A program made the translations under genes and the position numbers. The notes under the pieces were generated by a model, which ran no database searches, was not told the origin of the DNA, and was given only the letters and a program-made list of their open reading frames with translations. Source: Eledone cirrhosa (taxonomy: Eukaryota). Taken from it: DNA of 64,000 bases. Below are positions 29,398 to 45,849 of this stretch, piece after piece (the stretch's first letter is position 1; each line of letters opens with the position of its first letter). The stretch covers positions 41,602,001-41,666,000 of the forward strand of contig OZ024751.1 of the NCBI GenBank assembly GCA_964016885.1, read 5' to 3'.

Positions 29398-29657
29398 ACT
29401 ATTAAATCTCTCCCAAGGTAACTCTCTATCTCTTGTGTTGTTATTATTATTTTTACCCTTTCACTCTTCCCTTCATTCTACACATCTCACACACCTTATA
29501 CACACCACGCATCTCAACGTACACCCACTTACATATCTCTCTCTCTCCTACACCGGACCCTGTTACCCGGAGATTTACCCATTTGCATTGTCGAGGCTTC
29601 CAAACGACTTATAAATATTTACTTATTGTTCCACAATGCTTCAAGCAAACTTCAATA

Positions 29658-29694
<37 letters not shown>

Positions 29695-29881
29695 ACATGG
29701 GAAGAAAGAGGAATACTGCGTGGTTGCACATGGGTTACATATTATAAAATTAGTCCCTCATCAGTGATTTGCCAACCATCATTGGTATTTCATCGCATTA
29801 AAAATCATATACCTCAGGTTGGTGCTAGCAATAACTAAAATAAGCTATTGGGACAAGTGAATCGCGTAAAGCGACTGAGAC

Positions 29882-29912
<31 letters not shown>

Positions 29913-30728
29913 GAGAGGGGGAGAGAGAAACAGAGAGAGCATAGAGATTCAGCAGTAAGATTGGATTACGAGGATAATCATGAGATGGTTTTATGGTTTA
30001 CATATAATAATTTCCAATCGGTATGTATTGCAAACACATCATTACTGCTTGAGAATTGTGGGAAATTTATAAAACAACTTAGCGTTTTAGTCCAACCGGG
30101 TTCAGTCTTAACTGGAAAGGAGCGGTGCTTGGTTGGCAGTATTACAAGCCGTGTGAACTCAGTTTGGACGATAAGGAGGTGTGACTAACCTTCAGCTATA
30201 TATCTAATCAGATTTATCATCAAAACCATTCCGTTATCATCAGTTAACATGAAGAAAAAATCTTCCTGTTTATCCATGTAGGTGATGAAATTAGTAAACT
30301 GGTGTAAATTGATATTCTTCAATTGTATCTAATTAAAATGGCGTCTTTATCAACTGTAGTGAACTTCACGTTAGCTGCACAAACATTTCTCATCAATAAT
30401 TTTATACTACGCCTTAAAGAGAAAAAATACAAGAAAATATGAAAACGAAACGAAACGAAACAGAAAGCTAGAAGCACAAGTCAGATATAATTGGGCCAAT
30501 AGTAATTTTATGTCGAAGATAAAAGAATTTAATTTTTTGTTTCAGGCCATAGAATATGATTAACATGCAACTAATATTTGTTTCATTTAATATACGAAGG
30601 TCGGCTGAAAGGTTCATAGGATGACTATGAAGGAGTGATGCTAGAGCTGTGAAATCTTGCATGCATTAATTTCAACTCTTCTTATATTGATAACTACATT
30701 GTTTCTTTCCATGAACTAGGTTGGAAAA

Positions 30729-30769
30729 TAAACCGGTTAGTTTTGCATACATACAAACATGCAGGTTTC

Positions 30770-30819
<50 letters not shown>

Positions 30820-30858
30820 GAAACCTGCATGTTTGTATGTATGCAAAACTAACCGGTT

Positions 30859-30860
<2 letters not shown>
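30729..30860. repeat. Inverted repeat with a (TA)n centre
   Basis: TAAACCGGTTAGTTTTGCATACATACAAACATGCAGGTTTCTATG and its exact reverse complement flank a (TA)n tract. Confidence 0.85.
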
Positions 30861-30915
<55 letters not shown>

Positions 30916-30978
30916 ATTTATATATATATATATTTATATATATATATATTTATATATATATATATTTATATATATATA

Positions 30979-31877
<899 letters not shown>

Positions 31878-31892
31878 TATTAGTTGTGGATT

Positions 31893-32081
31893 GGGCGGTT
31901 GATTGGCAGTATCAGTAGAGGGTCGGACGCTATGCTTTCCAGCATAGTTACGTCCCTTTCCGATCTGAGTTCAAATCCCGCCGAGGTTGACTTTGCCTTT
32001 CATCCTTACGGGTCGATAAAATAAAGTACCAGTAATGCACTGTGTAATTGCTGGCCTTGTGCCCTAAAGTAGAAACAATTA
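31893..32081 (+). mobile_element. SINE family A, full length
   Basis: Same A box, B box and body as 19373-19563. Confidence 0.85.
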
Positions 32082-32277
32082 TATAGTTGTCGTAGGGTTG
32101 CAGGCAATGCGTCCGTAGGCGGTAGGCCGGTTGAGCACTCGATGCTGGTGCAGAGCAGATTTATACTATTATAAAGAACGAGGAATCAGTGATGCATCCA
32201 AACCACAATTTATTAGCATATTACATATGTTTCTCCGACGATCATATATAAATATATATACATATTTACGCACACAC

Positions 32278-32342
<65 letters not shown>

Positions 32343-32656
32343 TGTGTACGTAAGTACATATATACATATATACATACATACATACATGCATACATTCGAA
32401 ACATTTTCCATCTAATAACTGCATATACACATGTACAGATACAAAGCATATACACATGCACACATACAACTCAAAACATACACATCCACACATACAATAA
32501 CATCCATATCTACACATGCAGTTCATGCATACATAATCTACCTAGTTGATGTTGTGTAAATTCCAATGAGAGAGTCTTGTGTCTATGTTAGAAACCGACT
32601 CTCTCTCTATTGGTAAAAATTTATGAAATTATAAAACCAGAAGAACATACATACAT

Positions 32657-33265
32657 GGTGGGTGCCAACTCGTTTTCGAGTACGGCCACTACTTTATATC
32701 CATGTAGGAGAACCCCTACCGATGCGCTGAACGAGTGTGACTTTTTAGTCCAGCCAGTGACTTGAAAACTCTGGTACAAACACTACACTTGTGACAATTA
32801 TTGACACATAGTGCTGGGCCCATGGTACCATGTGACGACAAGGGCAGAGAGATCTCCAGATATAAAGCAATGCCTGTGCCGTGAAGCTTTTATAGTGAGC
32901 AAAGGCACTGCACAAAGCCAGTCCCACTCTCTTAACCAAGATGATATTTACCAAAAAGAAGAACAAGTCAACATCATTGGATACCATCAGAGTTGCAGGT
33001 GTTATATCAGAGTTTTCCTTTTCCTAGAATTCTTCCTTGACAAAGGCTAAGGGATCATCTCTCCCGGTGATTTTGGATGGCCATTGACTCTTAAGAGCTG
33101 CTTTGCCGTTTGACAGGTTTTGTTTTTAATCCTGCAGGATGTCCAAAGCCACCCTCCTCACCAAGAAACCTTGGTGGGGTTGCCAGTTTAGTCGCCAACG
33201 ACCCGACCATGGGACAGGTTGTACTGGGATACATGTTACCAGTAGCACCAACTGGTGACCTGACA
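32657..33265 (-). mobile_element. ~600-bp RTE-like element, copy 3
   Basis: Same sequence with (TACA)n flanks. Confidence 0.75.
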
Positions 33266-33457
33266 TAACATACATACATACATACATACATACATACATA
33301 CATACATACATACATACATACATACATACATACGTACACACACGTATTTGGAAAGAAAGGTGAGGGTGGTGTTCTCTCTCGTAAATTAATGGTGGTTGGA
33401 AATAAGAACAATTGCCAGAATTTATGAGTCTACTCTCAGCATGTACCTGGAAATGGG

Positions 33458-33640
33458 ACAATGACAGCTGGTAGAGGATACATGTGAATCAATGACAGCT
33501 GGTAGAGGATACCTGTGGATCAATGACAGCTGGTAGAAGATACCTGTGAATCAATGACAGCTGGTAGGGGATACCTGTGAATCAATGACAGCTGGTAGGG
33601 GATACCTGTGAATCAATGACAGCTGGTAGAGGATACCTGT
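33458..33640. repeat. 31-bp tandem repeat x6
   Basis: CAATGACAGCTGGTAGAGGATACCTGTGAAT units. Confidence 0.95.
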
Positions 33641-33768
33641 CCTTCAGGGCGATATGGGTGATCGATTAGTTCAACATGGAGGTCCCCATCAGGTACAATG
33701 AGAACAGAATACCTTGCTTATTTGTATAACATGGATACTCTATCTGCATACTATGTAGTTGTTCTCGT

Positions 33769-33813
<45 letters not shown>

Positions 33814-34123
33814 AATTACTACTACTACTACTACCACCAATACTACTACTACCACTACTACTAGTACAACTAGTACTACTATTACAATTACCACTACTAC
33901 TACTATTCCTACTAGCACCAACACCACTACTACTACTACCACCACCACCACCACCACCACCACCACCACCACCACCTCCACTACTACTACTACTACTACT
34001 TCTACTGTTACTACTAGTACTATTACTAGCACCACCACCACTACTACTACTACTATTATTCCTACTACTTCTACTACTACTACTACTACTGTTACTACTA
34101 CTACTACTACTAGTACTATTACT

Positions 34124-34165
<42 letters not shown>

Positions 34166-34232
34166 GTTACTACTACTACTACTACTACTACTACTGTTAC
34201 TACTACTACTACTACTATTATTATTACTACTT

Positions 34233-34270
<38 letters not shown>

Positions 34271-34296
34271 GTTACTACTACTACTACTACTACTGT

Positions 34297-34335
<39 letters not shown>
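33769..34335. repeat. (ACT)n microsatellite; similar trinucleotide tracts at 23932-24270 and 60385-60770 (AGT/AGC) and 56988-57630 (GGT)
   Basis: Direct inspection. Confidence 0.95.
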
Positions 34336-34337
<2 letters not shown>

Positions 34338-34874
34338 ATAATTACCACACAAATTACGGCTTGTTAAACATACGACAGCCCTTTCTTTTATTATATATAA
34401 CGTATCATATTCCGAATGCAACTTATATGAATTCTCGCCTGTTTATTTATTTGATTTCATATGGCAATGTTATAGCTGTTATCATTTATATACTACAGCA
34501 CTATGCTATTATTTACTATAGTGAGCTAATCTAATTTTCACTATAATTCTAGCGTCAAATTGAAGCATACATCCACCTTATCATTTCCTTACAGTTGAGA
34601 GATTTCCGTCCAAACACTCGTAACACTCATTTCTCAGCATGATTTAAATTATTCTCACGCAGCAATCATTAAAACATTCCTTTGCTGTTATGTGTGGTAG
34701 TTCTTTCTAGAAATGTTAGTTTCATTCTGTTTTCTGTTTTTACTGGGGTTTTTTTTCTGTTTTCTGTTATCTGTTTTCCAATTTTTCTGCTCTCTATTTT
34801 TCTTATTTCACTTTTACTGTTCATCTCCTCTACTAAATATTATTTTTACTACTATTAACCATTCTCTCTCCCAG

Positions 34875-34969
<95 letters not shown>

Positions 34970-35095
34970 CTATCTCTCTATCTCTCTCTATATATATATA
35001 TATATATTTATTTATTCATTTATACACCCCTCACACACATATATATGTACATATATATATATAACTATACATATATATGTACACATATATATATT

Positions 35096-35126
<31 letters not shown>

Positions 35127-35187
35127 ATATATATATATAATAAAGTAAAATAAAAAGTCAAATGTTTAAAATTTAGCTTCGTTTATT

Positions 35188-35242
35188 ACTGCTATATATA
35201 TTTCGGTGACAGCCATCTTTGGCTGTGACCTCTTCAGGCAGT
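35188..35242 (-). ncRNA. Minimal type I hammerhead (family F1), intact
   Basis: Minus strand reads ACTGC CTGAAGA GGTCACAGCCA-AAGA-TGGCTGTCACC GAAA TATATA TA GCAGT, then AATAAA. P1 is 5 bp and P3 is palindromic. Confidence 0.8.
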
Positions 35243-35503
35243 CCGAATTAGTGTGGTATAGACAAGTACACATGTTGTTGAGGTGTATAATTTTGTCAAT
35301 ACTCTGAGATGCCCAGTTCCTGATTGGGTTGTTATTTCACTGAGGAACTGGAATCATATATATATACATATATACATAAATATACATACATATGTGGGGG
35401 TGGGGGTATGTGTGTGAGAGAAAGAGAGTAAAAAATGGGTGTGTAAGCAAGTTACTGAAATCTTTTCAGATTCCGCCCTATCCGTTTCTAATTTCTCATT
35501 CTT

Positions 35504-35539
35504 TCTTCTGATGAAAGAGTTGCGTCCGAAACGTGAAAA
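35504..35539 (+). ncRNA. Ultra-minimal hammerhead remnant (F8); second copy at 589-624 (-)
   Basis: Two-copy consensus TCTT CTGATGA A GGAC-TAGC-GTCC GAA ACGT T AAGA. Each copy carries different mutations, and the flanks are homologous. Confidence 0.55.
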
Positions 35540-35647
35540 CCCTCTTCCTGCAATTTCAAGCGTTAATCTAATATATTCGTTCCATATACTGTACCGATGT
35601 ATTCTTATTTCTGTTTACCTTTTACATATCTATTCCCGTAGAAGCCT

Positions 35648-35725
<78 letters not shown>

Positions 35726-35729
<4 letters not shown>

Positions 35730-36272
35730 GGTTTGAGGTTCACCACCGTATGGTCAATCGTAATGCAATAATATAGAGAGTACTCAACGTGAGGCAGTTC
35801 AACCGTCTTTGTTTTTGTAGTTGATGGTGCTATTACGGAGTTAAATATTATAATCAAATGACAGGAGGCTGGATTTGTGTAAATCCTTGAAAGGTTTATT
35901 ATACTATGATCATTTCAATGACCGGGTTCCGTATGAATCCCGTGATATCATCAGGTATTCGAAATATCATACGTGAATGTAATAGATAAAATTCATGGGG
36001 CTGAAAATCGAGGACCCGAGGGCGACCGTTATTCTGTTCCTTCAACTTCAGCCGGTCGCCCTGGAGTGACGTAGCTAAAGTTTATAGTATGCTACTACCG
36101 GTCAGATAAACGAGAACAGAAAGGGATGGGAACATAAATTAACGTCGATCTCACGTATTATATTTCGAATACCTGATGATATCACCGGATTCATACGGAA
36201 CCCGGTCATTGAAATGATCATAGTATAATAAACCTTTCAAGGATTTACACAAATCCAGCCTCCTGTCATTTC

Positions 36273-36276
<4 letters not shown>
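35726..36276. mobile_element. Head-to-head inverted-repeat PLE-like insertion (F2) between (TA)n tracts
   Basis: Arms ~35856-35976 and ~36151-36271 are near-perfect reverse complements around a ~175-bp spacer. Each arm holds an outward-pointing HHR. Confidence 0.75.
36169..36226 (+). ncRNA. Minimal type I hammerhead (F2); mirror copy at 35901-35958 (-)
   Basis: ATAC CTGATGA TATCACCGG...CCGGTCATT GAAA TGATCA TA GTAT AATAAA, with palindromic P3 TGATCA. Confidence 0.75.
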
Positions 36277-36351
<75 letters not shown>

Positions 36352-36401
36352 AAAAAGTTTTCTCACAGTGAGAAAAACCACAGACCCTCCATCTCAACTC
36401 A

Positions 36402-36439
36402 CCTTTTGAAAAGCAGAAGAACTGCGAAACCGGTAAAGG
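36402..36439 (+). ncRNA. Hammerhead variant with U3/A8 core (F9); further copies at 63228-63265 and 5004-5041
   Basis: CCTT TTGAAAA GCAG-AAGAA-CTGC GAAA CCGG TA AAGG, then AATAAA. P1 and P2 are perfect and P3 is the palindrome ACCGGT. Confidence 0.65.
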
Positions 36440-36570
36440 AACCAAATAAATATATATATTTTAAAAAAAAATAAGACTTCAGTTGCATTTTCGATTTCAT
36501 CCCTTTTTCTTTATACTTCCACTCGTGTAGGACACCTCGGTTATTTTTCATTTTGTAAAAAAAACCTCAC

Positions 36571-36670
<100 letters not shown>

Positions 36671-36818
36671 CCATCGTCTCAGTTTGTATGACCTTTTTAA
36701 CTTATGTTTATAGCTCTGGCATCCTCTTCATATCCATGGAGCGCTTGTCTACACATTACGGAAGTTGCGTTTCGCTAATTTCTACCCGCCGAAATGCGAT
36801 TCTCGCTAAATTCATATT

Positions 36819-36889
<71 letters not shown>

Positions 36890-36893
<4 letters not shown>

Positions 36894-37107
36894 ATAATAA
36901 ATTCGAAGACTAAAATCCAAAGAGGGCTCGATAGATAAGGATAAATGTATATCAAATATATAAGAACCGTAGAGCAAATATTTATTAAAATAACAGATTA
37001 AAGTTTAAGCAAAGAATCGCTGCTTTCACCCTTAATGGGATCTTCTGAAAGATCCCGTTAAGGGTGAAAGCAGCGATTCTTTGCTTAAACTTTAATCTGT
37101 TATTTTA

Positions 37108-37112
<5 letters not shown>
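36890..37112. mobile_element. (TA)n-embedded fold-back repeat family; copies also at ~6150-6415 and ~40805-40935
   Basis: Shared GCTCTACGGTTCTTATATATTTGATAT...GAGCCCTCTTTGGATTTTAGTC body. Palindrome centred at ~37047. Confidence 0.7.
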
Positions 37113-37159
<47 letters not shown>

Positions 37160-37258
37160 ATTTACACATATATATATATATATGTATATATGTGTTTTGC
37201 AACAGGTCATTTTGTGGCTCAATGAAGAGTTAATAAATTAAATAATCAGAGCTATATA

Positions 37259-38431
<1,173 letters not shown>

Positions 38432-38490
38432 TATATATATATATACAGAAGGAGAGAGAAAGATAGATGGATAGATAGATAATAGATAGG

Positions 38491-38562
<72 letters not shown>

Positions 38563-38876
38563 TTCTAGAAAGGCAATATTTCATTTGTACCCACGAACAT
38601 CCGGCCGTCACACGAACATATAGACATGCTCAAATAACTAATGACCAGTGTTCCCCGCAGTTCTGATAAGATAAGTCAACTGGATTACAACATCAGACTC
38701 TCCGATAATGACATATTTTTCAAATTATTTATTTATCTATTTAGTTATTTTCTCCGCCAGACAAGTTAAATGATTAATAATCCGTTTGATGTAGAACTTC
38801 AGCTGTATAAGTCAACTAAAATTCATGTTTAAACAATACACGGGTAAATACACATAGACACGACGCGTAGTATATG

Positions 38877-39056
<180 letters not shown>

Positions 39057-39065
39057 TATATATAT

Positions 39066-39264
39066 AAAATAAAGTAAATAGTCAAATGTTTAAAATTTAG
39101 CTTCGTTTATTACTGCTATATATATTTCGGTGACAGCCATCTTTGGCTGTGACCTCTTCAGGACTGTCTGAAGAGGTCACAGCCAAAGATGGCTGTCACC
39201 GAAATATATATATCAGTAATAAACGAGGCTAAATTTAAAACATTTGACTTATTTACTTTATTTT
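39066..39264. mobile_element. Fold-back PLE-like fragment with two back-to-back F1 hammerheads (39112-39161 minus, 39163-39217 plus)
   Basis: ~95-bp inverted arms meet directly 5' of CTGAAGA. P1 is damaged in both arms. Follows a (TA)n tract. Confidence 0.75.
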
Positions 39265-39360
39265 ACATTACTCCTGAGTAACCAAACCAACCTGCGCACT
39301 TCGTCGAGTGCTTCAGTCTGCATACTAGTGTGTTGGTATACAACCAACATATACTCAAAA

Positions 39361-39435
<75 letters not shown>

Positions 39436-39521
39436 ATGCTGTTTGCATAACGAATCGAATAACAGTATTAATATCGGAAAAACTCATATTACATTTATAT
39501 ATATATATATATTTATGTATG

Positions 39522-39579
<58 letters not shown>

Positions 39580-39864
39580 TATGTATACGTACATATATAT
39601 ATGTATACAGACGCACAGTAGTATCTTTTTTTTCCGTATATATATATATATCATTTTTTTCCGTATATATATATATATATATATATAATGTGAGGTGGTG
39701 TTAGGTAGAGAAGAGGAAGAACACAAACGATAAAAAAAGGGAAAGTCCCTATATTTCGGCTTATCAACCTTTCTCATGAGGTCTGAAGGCAAACTCGGAG
39801 AATGTCGGGGAGGACATTTTTGTACCTCTGTGTGGCTCATGCTGGATTTAGTTATACATATGTG

Positions 39865-39953
<89 letters not shown>

Positions 39954-39985
39954 TATATATACAGGACAGAGTTTTAACCACTTTG

Positions 39986-40211
39986 TTAACCCTTTAGCAT
40001 TTAAACTGGCCATATCCGTCAGAATTCTGTCACCTCTTTCTGTTCAGACCGGGTGCAATGCTGTTCATATTGATGTTAAGGTATTGTTTTCAAAATAAAT
40101 AATATCAAAATTTCATAGATTCGTTATTATGTGAGATAATTATACAAGATAAAGCTTTTACTGCAGAATTACTATAGTAAATATAGAGTAATGTAAATGC
40201 TAAAGGGTTAA
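39986..40211. mobile_element. piggyBac-type MITE
   Basis: TTAA target duplication and a perfect 14-bp [31 protein letters not shown]. Confidence 0.8.
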
Positions 40212-40438
40212 ACACTTTGTTAAACACTATGATATTCATAGTACACAAGAGGCTCAGAACTCTACATCTATAATACGGTATATATAATTTTATATATTCC
40301 CTTAGCTCAAATATTATAGCTATGTTGTAGGAAATTGAATAAATAGAATTTTACACATAGACACACATTTACTTTAAAAGATATATAAGATATAAGACGT
40401 GTTTTTACATCTCTGTATTTGTCCTGTCTATTCTTGAA

Positions 40439-40520
<82 letters not shown>

Positions 40521-40658
40521 TTAAATATATATATATAAATACTTAAATATATATATATATACATATATATATATACATGTTAAAGTAAAGAACAACACAG
40601 GAGTACAAATACATATACATGTTTTTACATCTCTGTGTTTGTCCTGTCTATTCTTGAA

Positions 40659-40808
<150 letters not shown>

Positions 40809-40931
40809 TAAAATAACAGATTAAAGTTTAAGCAAAGAATCGTTGCTTTCACCCTATTTGCTCTACGGTTCTTATATATTTGATATATATTTATCCTTAT
40901 CGAGCCCTCTTTGGATTTTAGTCTTCAAATT

Positions 40932-40980
<49 letters not shown>

Positions 40981-40987
40981 AAATACT

Positions 40988-41062
<75 letters not shown>

Positions 41063-41072
41063 AAATACTTAA

Positions 41073-41104
<32 letters not shown>

Positions 41105-41114
41105 AAATACTTAA

Positions 41115-41147
<33 letters not shown>

Positions 41148-41169
41148 TATATATATATATAAATACTTA

Positions 41170-41288
<119 letters not shown>

Positions 41289-41675
41289 GTTAAAGAAAAG
41301 AACAACAACACAGGAGTACAAATACATATACATATATAGATAGAGATATAAAACAAAAAAGAACTACACGGTATTAAGAAGGGATTGGAAAATGTAAAGT
41401 AAATATATATAAAAATTCCGATATGAAACAAATGAAGTCCATCAAGAGCGAAACAGTAATTTATTGTCACTCCCTATACTAAACAATATAGTCATCCTTT
41501 CACTGTAACTAAGCAATAATTAATTTACATGATGTCACATATGTAAATACACATTCTCCAAATATCTCCTTGCTTGTATATGTATGTTGGTTCTCTATAC
41601 TGTATACGTGATTCTGTGTGTATGTGTATGTGTCTGTGTCTGTTTGTACGTGTGCGTATATGTGTGTTCATTTGC

Positions 41676-41721
<46 letters not shown>

Positions 41722-42649
41722 ATATGTGTGTTCATTTGCGTGTGTGTGGGGGGGGGGTGTTGAAATGTAACTAGGAAGCAAATACTTTATCAAAGCTGTC
41801 TGTCTGGTTATGGGCTACCCCCCTCCCCCAACACTCGTTGTCCGGATTGGAAGTTCTTTCAAACTCCTTCCACCTATTATCTGTGGATTAGGGCTTGCTC
41901 TATCCCTCTCTATGTCTCTCTCTCTCTCTCTAAATATATATATATATATATGTTTGAAAAACCGGTACAAAGCGGATAAAAAATATAAAGATATTACTGG
42001 GGTAAAAGGAATGACAAAATAAAACAAAATAATGGTTTTGGTCAATATATTTCGAGGTAATAACCCCCTTTTCAAATTGTCAGTTACACACATAACACAG
42101 GAAAAGTTCGGAGAAAGAGAACTTTTCTTTTTTTTTCTCCTCAACAACCAGTTACACAGATTTATTGATGACAAATACATAACTTTCTGCTGAAGATATT
42201 AACTTTAGTTTTATATTCTTAGCACATTAAATGACTAAACCGTAAGACAATTTAATGTGAATGCTTATATAAAATGAAAAATATGTCCTTATATCTGATT
42301 AAAATGTGTGCTTCTGTAGTGTAAAAAGTCTTTCAGGCTGGAAATGGGGTGGTAAGAGTATTAGAAATGTAGAAATCCAAAAGCTGAATAACGTAGCTGC
42401 CACTCGGACGAAAGCCATGCTGTGTATCACTCAGCAAATCATTCACTCCTAGGAATATGATCAGTTTCCCCTCTGATAACACCTTCCACCACTTCGCTGA
42501 TAAGTTGGGTCAGAGGAACAACATACAATATTTAGCATCTGCTCTGCCGCCTCTCTTATATACATGTATATTACTCTTTTACTCTTTTGCCTGTTCCAGC
42601 CATCCGGCTGAGGCCATGCTGGGGTATATCTATATATATATATATATTA

Positions 42650-42850
42650 TATATGTTTATCCCGGATTTAATCGGGGGGTAACGACAGTAAGTAAGGTAT
42701 TCAATGCATAGCAGAGTATAAATATTTAATATAGCAATGGCTTCTACAGGACTAGAACTGTTTCATTCGGAAGAAATCATCTGGAAAGCACTGGGCTTTC
42801 CTGATCATTTCCTCCGAATGAAACAGTTCTAGTCCTGTAGAAGCCATTTA
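42650..42850. mobile_element. F5 PLE-like fragment with inverted hammerhead pair (42739-42789 minus, 42794-42845 plus)
   Basis: Consensus GGCTTC CTGATGA TTTC-NNCC-GAA(A/T) GAAAC AGTTCTAGTCCT GTA GAAGCC. Each copy here has one core mutation (CAGATGA or CTGATCA). Confidence 0.65.
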
Positions 42851-43057
42851 TATATATAACGAAGGAAGTGCGGTAAGGAAACAGGTGGACCATAACAGAC
42901 CAGAGTACTCGATACTTTGGGTAGTAGAGTGGGTAATAGGAAAAGAGTCAGAACCCCGACGGCCATATATAGGAAATGAGTATATATATATATATATATG
43001 TGTATATATATACATATATACACACATATATATATATATATATATGTTTGACTTACT

Positions 43058-43155
<98 letters not shown>

Positions 43156-43200
43156 GTTATATGCATGTATATATATAGTTATATGTATATATATATATAG

Positions 43201-43254
<54 letters not shown>

Positions 43255-43255
43255 C

Positions 43256-43288
<33 letters not shown>

Positions 43289-43292
43289 TAGT

Positions 43293-43332
<40 letters not shown>

Positions 43333-43342
43333 TATATAGTTT

Positions 43343-43376
<34 letters not shown>

Positions 43377-43378
43377 GT

Positions 43379-43416
<38 letters not shown>

Positions 43417-43424
43417 TATGTATG

Positions 43425-43455
<31 letters not shown>

Positions 43456-43542
43456 ATATATATAGTTATATGTATGTATATATATATTTATATATATATA
43501 GTATGTATATATATATAGTTATATGTATGTATATATATATGT

Positions 43543-43652
<110 letters not shown>

Positions 43653-43694
43653 ATATAATATATATATATATATTTATATATATATATAAATAGT

Positions 43695-43726
<32 letters not shown>

Positions 43727-43775
43727 TATATATATATTTATATATATATATAGGTTATATATATATATATATATA

Positions 43776-43839
<64 letters not shown>

Positions 43840-43966
43840 TAGCGAAGGAAAAGTGGTAAGGAACCAGGTGGACCATAACGCACCAAAGTACTCAATACTT
43901 AGGGTAGTAGTGTGGGTAATAGGAGTAAGTAAGACCCCGACGGCTGAGCTCAAGCCGTTTCGACGG

Positions 43967-44011
<45 letters not shown>

Positions 44012-44029
44012 TATATATATATATATAGT

Positions 44030-44089
<60 letters not shown>

Positions 44090-44090
44090 C

Positions 44091-44305
<215 letters not shown>

Positions 44306-45057
44306 CATACATATTCGAAGACAGTTTTAGGTTTGCTTCTTGCATTCATAAACAAAATAAATAATAACCACAGCAATATATTTTGGTCGATAAACAATAT
44401 CTATCCTTATAAATATGTATGAGAAACCAAGTTTATTAACGATTATCAACTCGTATAACCTCTGGCTTCCTTTCGCAAGCCTCGTGGATGTTTTATAGCT
44501 GTTTTCTATTTCTATTAATATAGGATTCTCTTTATGTTAATCTCTATTGGATGTTACGGCTCTGCTTTTATCGTTGTTTCTCAACTACAGATTCCAAATC
44601 ATACAGAGAATATCTGATGTAACTAATAACTAAAAGGGTAATTTCGGATTAGCGCAATATATATTTAAGGTATATATAAGTGTATATATATATAGATATA
44701 TTGACAGTCGATCGACTTTCGCCAATGTTTCCATTGATCTTTCCAATTGTTAATACTCTCTATCGGTCGCAATTACAGGTAGAAGGACATAACGTATCGC
44801 CCGGTCCAGGAATCGAACTCACAACCACGCGATTGCGAATCCAATTCTCTTACCACTCAGCCACGTGCCTTCAAATATTATAATATTTATTTATGTTGAT
44901 ACACGAAACTAAACTGCTATCTAAGGTTACCAGAATGTAAGAGAGGTCAAAATTGAGGCCTAATATTCAGATGCTTAAACGAGTTTAAGATATGGTCTAT
45001 ATTGGGCTGGGCCTTGAAACCTTAGATAGCGCTTTTGGTCCGTGTATGAACATGAAT

Positions 45058-45572
45058 AAATAATTGTTTCTACTTTTTGGCACAAGGCCAGCAATTACCC
45101 AGTACATTACTGGTACTTTGTTTTATCGACCCCGTAAGGATGAAAGGCAAGGTTAACCTCGGAGGGATTTGAACTCAGAATGACAAGGGCCGTAACTCCA
45201 TGCGTCAAAGCATGGCGTCCGACCCTCTACCGATACTGCCAATCCAGTGCACTGAACATGAATATGAATAAATAATTGTTTCTACTTCAGGCACAGGGCC
45301 AGCAATTACCCAGTGCATTACTGGTACTTTATTTTATCGACCCCGTAAGGATGAAAGGCAAAGTCAACCTCGGCGGGATTTGAACTCAGATCGTAAAGGG
45401 ACGTAACTATGCTGGAAAGCATGGCGTCCGACCCTCCACCGATGCTGCCAATCCACCGCCCTTGAATAAATAATGGTTTCTAATATAGGCACAAGTCCAG
45501 CAATCTAGGGAGAGGGAAAAGGCGATTAACTCGGTCCCAATGCATTACTGGTAGTTTATTTTATCGGCCCCG
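45058..45572 (-). mobile_element. Tandem SINE family A copies (45058-45246, 45271-45461, plus a partial tail)
   Basis: Reverse-complement matches to the family consensus. Confidence 0.85.
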
Positions 45573-45849
45573 TTGCTCCAGTTTACTCAGCTGTAGAAGT
45601 CACAGCTATGACGTCACTGGTGCTAAGTTGCATCAGTCTTTGCTTTTCCCTTGGTCAACATCCGTGGTGTGGAGAGAGGGTAGACTGGCATACATGAGTG
45701 ACTGCTGGTCTTCCACTGTTGCCTCACACATGTCCATGTATGACAGTACTCGCTAGTCTCAAATCCTTTTGGGTGTCTCACTACACGTCCAAAATACTTC
45801 AGCTTGCGATCCTGTGCAATCTTTAGCAGGGATTTCTGTTTATCGGGTT

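Noticed and set aside
33648-33692. 45-nt exon candidate GDMGDRLVQHGGPHQ
   Set aside because: Weak donor (GTACAA) and an acceptor that overlaps a tandem repeat give insufficient support.
37066-37092. Hammerhead 3' half (GAAA GCA...TGC TT) in the 6150/36890/40805 family
   Set aside because: No CUGANGA in any copy, including the longer 6150-6415 copy, and P3 is not palindromic.
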